Shown: positions 47,701-54,500 of the stretch, one piece after another
Layout of the letters: every line of letters begins with the position of its first letter
Position numbering within the stretch: position 1 is the stretch's first letter
Source of the DNA: Cellulomonadaceae bacterium
Lineage (GTDB): Bacteria; Actinomycetota; Actinomycetes; Actinomycetales; Cellulomonadaceae
Assembly: GCA_031551755.1 (NCBI GenBank)
Contig: JAVBNE010000006.1
Location: forward strand, 56,737 to 120,736
Direction of reading: 5' to 3'
DNA length: 64,000 bases
Notes under the pieces: model-generated
Databases searched by the model: none
What the model was told of the DNA's origin: nothing
What the model saw: only the letters and a program-made list of their open reading frames with translations
Made by a program: the position numbers and the translations under genes

Positions 47701-47982
47701 TTGCCCACCCGACGGTGACCATTCGTCAAAGAGTCCGGCCGGACGTGGTAGGCCGATCACGACACCTGAGCAAGCCACCGCACTCGAACACGAGTAGGCG
47801 ATCTCGACATCAACCGGTTCCCCCGTCTGCACCGCGTCGTGCGAGCTGGTCATGGTGATCGTGAAGGCTGCGGCAGCCGCGGCGGCGGGCTGGGCACCCA
47901 ACACCATCCCGCCACCGAGAGACATAGCGGTCAGCACAAGCGCGAACCGTGCAAAAACGCGTTGACGTACTTTGTTCTCCAT
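44791..47982 (-). CDS. large sortase-anchored (LAHTG) surface protein with DUF11-type repeat domains
   Basis: 1063 aa. It has a signal peptide (ARFALVLTAMSLGGGMVLGAQPAAA). Its C-terminus is LAHTG, then a hydrophobic helix, then RRRTQD. It carries DUF11-like segments (IAYRLPIENTGNIDLSDMVVYD..., ...DYPDPDQANNKVTAAFEV). Confidence 0.75.
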   Translation of the reverse strand: MENKVRQRVFARFALVLTAMSLGGGMVLGAQPAAAAAAAFTITMTSSHDAVQTGEPVDVEIAYSCSSAVACSGVVIGLPRPAGLFDEWSPSGGQPVATTSKDVTSVSVNSDKSVQFTFAEKLPAGSSGTIGVHYLTDNGPIAGGTKLVVTANASGANSDPTSTSVSVTLTATPAGLSASAQGQYPVYLDREAVISSTASASVWGITGKEGIGDLGVMATLPAGAVFVSADPAQSSVSADGTKVSWDSIPGQVGAGYYSRGVQMVVKFPAANFTSGRSVDVPFAFSGTSVGGSAISTTARATLAPTAFKSVFRPGLQVTPGSNYVTADTAAHAWVARGAAVGVGLGLNNFNSTVRVTKTVTEVDLPAEFTATAVGKPPQGDSTVSWRTDDGVTGRFSTADYPAPDSEDESPKATLVQMGVPRGAHVAHLTIVGPGIDGPGQGGNGVSGVIDGADRATVSVTADVTYSADGFDDIALSDTARFTVIDPLPVPSVWLYSSSQTAPKPGEDLLWKISLMNADMLGNETLRPVVYFPIPKGTKLAKEPVTVGAQWQPAPVSFEKPTTRVVHNDSLEQDVLVISWPENAELNSQLELAVRTVVTTAPAGALTARVYLGDARGPIPEYPYDVSNSAYSNDSANANTWTQRVRDDRDLDADGKVGGTLARAMATVQTGSGVGVSSQLEVEGSLDADFVTAPQTGATAVGQPIAYRLPIENTGNIDLSDMVVYDIFPHVGDTGVSKAAAAIRRNSRFAPILTGTVPALKGFDVWYSVSNNPCRPEVYPGLQGCDDNWTKSPADFGAVKALKFVQQDGGVLRPGDTSSTSWPMSIPADAPGGYLASNSVAFAVKRADTGAVVVAEPGFATVQVAQADLAVTLPGGELVVDTARSLGMRAQNKGPSNAPAKVRVTLPVGVTAAVVDGGEDPGDWSCIVSGQEIDCEAVGVLASGADDILPITLLADSSLVGQKVSVTATISGDYPDPDQANNKVTAAFEVQGEGPVNPTDDPTGPTDSADALSSTDPADRGRPSSKVARVLAHTGANALAAGGAAFLLVVLGVGAFIVRRRTQD

Positions 47983-48044
47983 CTTTATTAGCTCCTGGAC
48001 ACCCGACCGGACTACTACCCAACATCCGCTCTTCGCGAGCGATG

Positions 48045-48064
48045 CGAACCAGATTACTGGTTCG
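48045..48064. promoter_or_regulatory. perfect 8-bp inverted repeat (candidate operator) upstream of the surface-protein gene
   Basis: CGAACCAG-atta-CTGGTTCG lies 63-82 nt upstream of ATG 47982 in an AT-rich spacer. I know of no regulator for it. Confidence 0.3.
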
Positions 48065-48289
48065 ATCGGACAAGTAGGTGCCGGTTTTTGGCGAATCTCA
48101 GGCCAATCTGGAGAAGAGTCGCTGGTACGCCAGTACTGATTGGTGTGCCACTCTCCCGCCTTTCGTGACTGTCAAATTTCGGGCTGGACAGGCCATTTCT
48201 CTCAACTACTTACGTTTTCTGGCACGACGGCGACTGACTGGTTGCCGAGAGAATACGAAGAAGTTGTGAATGGAAATTCACCCAGCTTC

Positions 48290-49099
48290 TCACACGGGGT
48301 ATGCCCCCACGCTCCATGCCTGACCGGGCGCCAGGACCACGGCTCTCGTCTCTGATGCCTCCCGCGCGGCCGACGCCGCAAATGCCGCTCCAGCGTGATC
48401 CATCCAGCCACGAGGGAAGTGCCTGCCACCGGGCGCATGCAGGGTGCCCCAATGCACCGGGATCGCCGTCTGCACGCCGACCTGTGCGCACACTCGCGCC
48501 GCCTGGGCGGGGTCCATATGACCGCCCGAGAGTCGGGGTCCCCATCCACCCACCGGGATCAGCGCGACATCGATCGGCCCACCGGCGAGTTCGGCAAGGT
48601 GGGTCATGGCGGGGAAAGGCTCCGTGTCCCCCACCACCCACACCGTCGTCACCCGACCGTCGGACTCCACCGAGCGCAACAGATGCCCATTGGCCGCATT
48701 GGGTCGGTGCGGCATCGGCCGGTGCCCGTGGACAGCGGGCACCAACCGCACGGATACCTGCGGGTGCCGGTCATCGGCACCGATCGGCCACCACCGCGCC
48801 CCGAGGCCGACCCCCTCCACCGCCCTGCCGCGCAGCCATCGGGCATTCGCGGGTGCGGTCAGAACCGGCACCCCGGCCAGGAGCCGCAGCGAACGCAACT
48901 CGGCGTGATCGTGGTGCAGATGCGAAAGCAGGACGGCGTCCGCGCCCCGCCAGCAATCCGCAGGCCGATCACCACGACGCCGGAGGACACCCGCGTGGCG
49001 GTGCAGCAGCGGATCGGTCACCACCCGAACCGTCTGGCCCACCGAACCGAAGTCGATCACCGCAGTGGAATGCCCCAGCCAGGTCACCGCCACCGTCAT
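48290..49099 (-). CDS. MBL-fold metallo-hydrolase
   Basis: 269 aa with HLHHDH (the HxHxDH motif). It has an ATGA overlap with the upstream AlkP-family gene. Confidence 0.75.
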   Translation of the reverse strand: MTVAVTWLGHSTAVIDFGSVGQTVRVVTDPLLHRHAGVLRRRGDRPADCWRGADAVLLSHLHHDHAELRSLRLLAGVPVLTAPANARWLRGRAVEGVGLGARWWPIGADDRHPQVSVRLVPAVHGHRPMPHRPNAANGHLLRSVESDGRVTTVWVVGDTEPFPAMTHLAELAGGPIDVALIPVGGWGPRLSGGHMDPAQAARVCAQVGVQTAIPVHWGTLHAPGGRHFPRGWMDHAGAAFAASAAREASETRAVVLAPGQAWSVGAYPV

Positions 49100-51225
49100 G
49101 ATGGCCGCCGCTCATCGGTCACGGGTACCTCCATTGCCGGCTCCGGCGGCCGGATGCCGAGTTCCACCAGCCATGCCAACAGTCGGCGATGAACCGCCTC
49201 GGCGCCCACCAGCATGCGGTCGACGCCGTCACCGGAGCGTTCATCGTCGGACACCGAGAAGCTCGCCGGGTAGAGCAGAATCGCCTCATTCTGAGCGCCA
49301 CCAAGGCCGCCGTGGGAACCGACCAGACCCTCGAATGCGTGCACCATCCCCACCTCATTCACACTCGACAGCAGGATCAGATCGCCGGCATTCGGCAACC
49401 GGGCGACCCGCAGGAGGTCGCTCGCAGCACGCGGACCGAACCGGAGCAACGGATCATCGCCCGCCACCGTTCCCGCGACCAGGAACCGGGTACCGCCCGC
49501 CCCGTGCACAACCAACTCCGGCCCGGAGCGCTCCACCACCACCCCAACGGCAGGGTTGGCCACCAACCCCGGTATCAGCGCCGGCCAAAGCGACCGGATC
49601 TGCGGGCCGTCGAGCGGCTCATGTCGCGGGAACCAGATCATTCCGAGGTTCCCCGAACCCACCACCGCCACCTCGGGAAGCGTCGGGGCGGCCACGGTCG
49701 GCCGATCGGGGCCAACCAGTACCCGCGCATCGTCAGATCGGCCGAAGGCGTTCAGCGCAGTGTTGACGGAGCCCCAGACCTCCGGCGACCGTGGCGTCTC
49801 CGCTTCGTTGGCCGAGGCCGCTGCCGGTAGAGCCATCAACCGACGCACCTCGGCCGCGAAAGAGCGCCCCACCTCCTGCTCAAAGGTGGAGCCGAGCGAC
49901 TGGCCATGATCGGACAGGACGACGATGTCGTAACGCCGGGGGGCGACCTCCGCGACCTGCTCCCACAACCCGATCACGCGATCCAGCCCCTCGAGTGACC
50001 TCAACGACTCGGGCCGCATCGGACCGGCGTGATGGGCGATCTCGTCGTAGTCGACAAGATCGACGAAGACCACCGGGGCTCCACGCACCAGTTGTTCGGC
50101 CACCAACGAGGTGTTCAGGTCTCGCAGGATGACGTTGGACACGGCCCGAAGCACCGGATAAGCCCCGAGCCGCGAGACCCTCGGGAGAACACCACGCAGG
50201 GACTGCTGCCACGCCTGGTACAGCTCCTTGAAGAACTCCCCGGCCGTCATCACCAGGGCACGGACCAGCACGAACGGGCTTGCGAAGAAACGCACGAACA
50301 TCTGGCCCGGACCCAGCCCGGACCGCGCCCGGCTCATGACGAGCAACGAAGTCGAGGCGTCACCGGAGAACATCGTCGACACCGCGACTCCGCCGTCGGC
50401 GAGCAGGCCGCACCCGTCGCTGAGGCGTGCCTCGATCACCGCTGCATCAGCCGGCCGGTTGCTGACGACGAGCCGCCCTGCCGCACGGTCCCACCAACGG
50501 AAAGCCGGCACCGCATCCGTCGTTCCATGCAACAGCCCCGCCTGCGATGCCGGGGTGGTGGAGGGCACCCGTGCCCACCAGGACTCGAGCAGATGGCTGC
50601 CGCTGCTGAGCCAGCGGGCAAGCCGCGGCGCCAGGCCCGCCTGGAGAGCATGGTCCAGAGTCGTCCGCGAAACTCCATCGAGCTGAACGATGAGCAGGCC
50701 CCGATCAGCCCCGTCCGCCGTAGGGTCCGTACCGGCGGCCCGTCCCCCACGGGCCACGCCCGACCGTCCGGCATTGCGCCGTGCGCGGCGCAACAGATCA
50801 CCCAACACGTACTCCCGGTCGCTCGCACCGACGACCCACCGACCGACCGCCATGATCGCACCGGCCGCCACCAACACCCACACCACATCGGCCCAGGTCC
50901 TCGTCCAGATCCCCGGGACATAGGTCAGAGCCAACCACGCGACCACCAGCTGGGCGACGATGCCGGAGACGAGGGCACCCAAGGCCCCCAACCGCAAGGC
51001 CAACCGGCGCAGCAGAGGGCGAGCCAGCACATCACCGATGCCCACCAGGAGCGCCACCACCAACGGCGCCCACACGGTCGTCGCGCTGGCCCCCGGCAAC
51101 AACGCGATCGCCAGGCCGAGCCCGGCAGCTGTCGAGACCAACGACCAGAGCGCGCCCCGCACGTCGGTGGCCGTGATGCGCAGCCACCGGCGCCGGGTCT
51201 GTTCGGACGTGGTCGCCACGATCAC
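49096..51225 (-). CDS. membrane-anchored alkaline-phosphatase-superfamily (nucleotide pyrophosphatase/phosphodiesterase-like) protein
   Basis: 709 aa. It has an N-terminal domain of about four TM helices, then an AlkP-type core (LLIVQLDGVS, DYDEIAHHAGP, VVLSDHGQS, GSHGGLGG). Its GTG start overlaps the DUF3046 stop (GTGA). Confidence 0.7.
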   Translation of the reverse strand: MIVATTSEQTRRRWLRITATDVRGALWSLVSTAAGLGLAIALLPGASATTVWAPLVVALLVGIGDVLARPLLRRLALRLGALGALVSGIVAQLVVAWLALTYVPGIWTRTWADVVWVLVAAGAIMAVGRWVVGASDREYVLGDLLRRARRNAGRSGVARGGRAAGTDPTADGADRGLLIVQLDGVSRTTLDHALQAGLAPRLARWLSSGSHLLESWWARVPSTTPASQAGLLHGTTDAVPAFRWWDRAAGRLVVSNRPADAAVIEARLSDGCGLLADGGVAVSTMFSGDASTSLLVMSRARSGLGPGQMFVRFFASPFVLVRALVMTAGEFFKELYQAWQQSLRGVLPRVSRLGAYPVLRAVSNVILRDLNTSLVAEQLVRGAPVVFVDLVDYDEIAHHAGPMRPESLRSLEGLDRVIGLWEQVAEVAPRRYDIVVLSDHGQSLGSTFEQEVGRSFAAEVRRLMALPAAASANEAETPRSPEVWGSVNTALNAFGRSDDARVLVGPDRPTVAAPTLPEVAVVGSGNLGMIWFPRHEPLDGPQIRSLWPALIPGLVANPAVGVVVERSGPELVVHGAGGTRFLVAGTVAGDDPLLRFGPRAASDLLRVARLPNAGDLILLSSVNEVGMVHAFEGLVGSHGGLGGAQNEAILLYPASFSVSDDERSGDGVDRMLVGAEAVHRRLLAWLVELGIRPPEPAMEVPVTDERRPS

Positions 51226-51455
51226 GCCCTCGGCGGCGCCTGCCGACGCTCGTCGAGGCCCCAGCGGCGCTCATCCGGAACATCCAAGGCATCGCAGAGC
51301 GCGTGCCAGACGACTCTCGGCTCCTCGCCGTCCTCCAATGCCTGCACCGCTGTCCGATCAGCCAGGGCCGTCATGACCTGATCACCGGCGACCGTCCGGC
51401 CATAGGCAGGGCCGAAGACTTCGTCAACCAGTTCCCAGAACTCGCGATAGCGCAC
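51222..51455 (-). CDS. DUF3046 small protein
   Basis: VRYREFWELVDEVFGPAYGRTVAGDQVMTALADRTAVQALEDGEEPRVVWHALCDALDVP fits the DUF3046 pattern. The start is GTG 51455 or 51458. The 236-aa track ORF is rejected. Confidence 0.65.
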   Translation of the reverse strand: MRYREFWELVDEVFGPAYGRTVAGDQVMTALADRTAVQALEDGEEPRVVWHALCDALDVPDERRWGLDERRQAPPRA

Positions 51456-51485
51456 CACCCCAGCGTGCCACGGGCTGCCCGCGGA

Positions 51486-51507
51486 TGTCGGCGGCGACCG
51501 GCACAAT
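51486..51507 (+). promoter_or_regulatory. RecA-NDp / PafBC-type promoter-like motif abutting the lhr start codon
   Basis: TGTCGGCG-gcgaccgg-CACAAT. The -10-like hexamer ends 6 nt before GTG 51514, which implies a leaderless lhr mRNA. Confidence 0.5.
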
Positions 51508-51513
51508 GGCCTC

Positions 51514-54500
51514 GTGGCCCGCGATACTCGACCCCCCGACGCGGCCCTGGGGCGCTTCAGCGCGCCCACCCGGGCGTGGTTCACCGGCGCCTTCGAGAGC
51601 CCGACGGCCGCGCAGGCGGGCACGTGGGAGGCCGCTGCCGCCGACAAGCACGCCCTCGTAGTCGCCCCCACCGGCTCAGGGAAGACGTTGGCCGCCTTTC
51701 TGTGGGCGCTCGACCGGATCATGTCGGCTCCACCGGCCGAGACCGCCGACCGCTGCCGGGTCGTGTACATCTCGCCGCTCAAGGCCCTCGCGGCCGACGT
51801 CGAGCGGAACCTGCGTTCGCCGCTTACCGGTATCCGGCAGGCGGCGACGCGGCTGAGCCAGCCGGTGCCCGACGTCGAGGTCGGCACCCGCACCGGTGAC
51901 ACTCCGGCAGCCGAACGGCGTAGGTTCGCCACTCGCCCTCAGGACATCCTGATCACAACACCGGAGTCACTCTTCCTCATCCTGACCTCAGCGGCTCGTG
52001 CCGGCCTGGCGGGTGTCGAGACGGTGATCGTCGACGAGATCCACGCCCTGGCGGGCACCAAACGCGGGGCCCATCTCGCCGTGAGCCTGGAACGTCTGGA
52101 TACCGACCTCGCGACCCTCGGCCGCAGACCGGCCCAGCGGATCGGCTTGTCAGCCACGGTACGCCCGCCCGAGGAGGTGGCCACCTTCCTGGCCGGACAC
52201 CGCACCGCGGCCGACGGCGGCCGCCAGGTGGCGATCGTCCAGCCCGAAACAAGCAAACGCATCACGGTCGACATCGTCGTCCCCGTCCCCGATCTCTCCG
52301 ACCTGACCGCGGTGCCACACTCCGGCTCCGAAGACGCGTCCACGGCCGACCTCCCACCGCTGCCCGAGGGCGCACCAGACCTGTCCGGGTCAGCCGGAAC
52401 CCTACCGTCCGGCGATCAGCCCACTACTTCTTCGGTCTGGCCACATGTCGAGAGCCGCATCGTCGATCTGGTCGCCGAACATCGATCCACCTTGGTGTTC
52501 ACCAACTCCCGCCGGGGTGCCGAACGACTCACCGCCCGGATGAACGAGGTCTGGGCGACGCGCCAGGGTGCCGACATCCCCGAGCCCGGGACGCTGACAC
52601 CCGCCCAGGTGACCGCACAGTCCGGTGCCGCGGTCGGGCTCGACCCCGTCATCGCGAGGGCCCATCACGGGTCGATGAGCCGGCTCGAACGAAACCGCAC
52701 CGAGTCGGCCCTCAAAGAAGGGCGGCTGCCCGCTGTCGTCGCGACGTCCTCCCTGGAGTTGGGCATCGACATGGGCGCCATCGACCTCGTAGTCCAGGTC
52801 GGTGCGCCTCCCTCGGTCGCCTCCGGGCTCCAGCGGATAGGACGGGCCGGACACCAAGTGGGCGCGGTCTCCCACGGTGTGGTCTTCCCCACCCATCGAG
52901 GGGACCTCGTCCCGGCCGCGGTCATCGCCGAACGGATGCGCGCCGGGCGGATCGAAGAACTCCGGGTGCTGCACAACCCCCTCGATGTGCTGTCCCAGCA
53001 GATCGTCGCGATGGTCGCCATGGACACCTGGACCCTCGACGAGCTGGCCGCCACCCTGCGACGCTCGGCCCCCTTCGCGACGCTTGGCGACGCCACCCTG
53101 CGCGCGGTCCTGGACATGCTGGCGGGGCGTTATCCCAGTGAGGACTTCGGCGAGCTGCGAGCACGGATCGTCTGGAATCGCACCACCGACGAGTTGACCG
53201 GCCGGCCGGGTGCGATGCATCTGGCGGTCACCAGCGGAGGGACGATCCCTGATCGAGGGCTGTACGGAGTCTTCCTCGCCGATGGCTCCACGGGCACCCC
53301 GAACAGTCGTGCCCCGCGCGGCGGCAAACGCGTGGGTGAACTCGACGAGGAGATGGTCTACGAATCGCGGGTCGGCGACACCTTCACCCTCGGGTCGAGC
53401 ACCTGGCGGATCGAGGACATCACCCCCGACCGTGTGCTGGTCTCCCCCGCTCCCGGACTGCCCGGTCGGCTGCCGTTCTGGAAAGGTGACTCTCCCGGCC
53501 GCCCCGCGGAACTCGGCCGGGCCATCGGGCGGTGGGTGCGGAACCTCGACCAGGGGGTTGCCCGGGATCCAGCAGCTGCGCGGGAGACGCTGCTGACCGC
53601 TGGTCTCGACCCCTGGGCGGCCGACAACGTCACGGCCTACGTGTCCGAACAACGCGCCGCCACCGGACGGGTACCCGACGATCGCACGATCGTCGTCGAA
53701 CGGTTCCGCGACGAGCTGGGCGACTGGCGTGTGGTGATCCACTCGCCACACGGTGCTCGGGTAAACGCCCCGTGGGCCCTGGTCATAGCGGCTCGACTGC
53801 GGGAACGCTACGGGGTGGACGCGGCCACCCTGCATGCCGACGACGGCATCGTGGTGCGGCTCCCGGACCTCGGTGACTCCTGGGCGGAAGCCGCCACCGC
53901 GGCCGACACCGAGACCCCCGTGTCAGCCGAGGAATTGCTGATCGACCCCGGCGAAGTGCTGGAGGTCGTCCGCCGCGAACTGGGTGGCTCGGTGATGTTT
54001 GCGGCACGCTTCCGGGAGGCCGCAGCCCGCGCTCTGCTGTTGCCCCGCCGCCGTCCGGACCGACGGAGCCCACTGTGGCAACAGCGGCAACGGTCGGCGC
54101 AACTGCTGGCCGTGGCGGCACAGTTCCCGGAGTTCCCCATCGTCTTGGAGGCGGCTCGAGAATGCGTCCAAGACGATTTCGACGTGGCGGCACTGACCAC
54201 CCTGATGACGGCCATCGCCGCCGGTCAGGTCCACATCGTCGAAGTCACCACACCCACACCGTCGCCGTTCGCCCAATCGCTGCTCTTCGGCTACACGGCC
54301 TCGTTCCTGTACGACGGCGACGCCCCTTTGGCCGAACGTCGAGCGGCCGCGCTCTCACTGGACCCCACACTGCTCGCCGAGATCCTCGGGGGCGACGGCG
54401 CCGCCACGCAGTTGGCGGATCTGCTCGATCCGGATGCGATCGAACGCACCGAAGCTGAACTCGGAGGGCTCTCCGAAAGCCGGCTCCTGCGGCACGCCGA

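Noticed and set aside
48045-48064. CGAACCAG-atta-CTGGTTCG, considered as a LexA site
   Set aside because: The GAAC and GTTC halves are 10 nt apart rather than 4 nt. It is retained only as a generic candidate operator.
50029-51381. 450-aa plus-strand ORF, together with 48301..49192 and 49065..49830 ORFs
   Set aside because: They are antisense to the AlkP-family, MBL and DUF3046 genes, and their sequence is extremely Arg/Pro-rich.
51459-51932. Upstream 158 codons of the 236-aa ORF that contains DUF3046
   Set aside because: This part is antisense to the lhr 5' end and promoter. Only the last 77 codons or so resemble DUF3046.
52402-53835. 477-aa minus-strand ORF, together with 55249..56472 (407 aa) and 54291..55070
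   Set aside because: They are antisense to lhr, whose helicase motifs identify the real frame. Their products are low-complexity Arg/Gly/Pro-rich.
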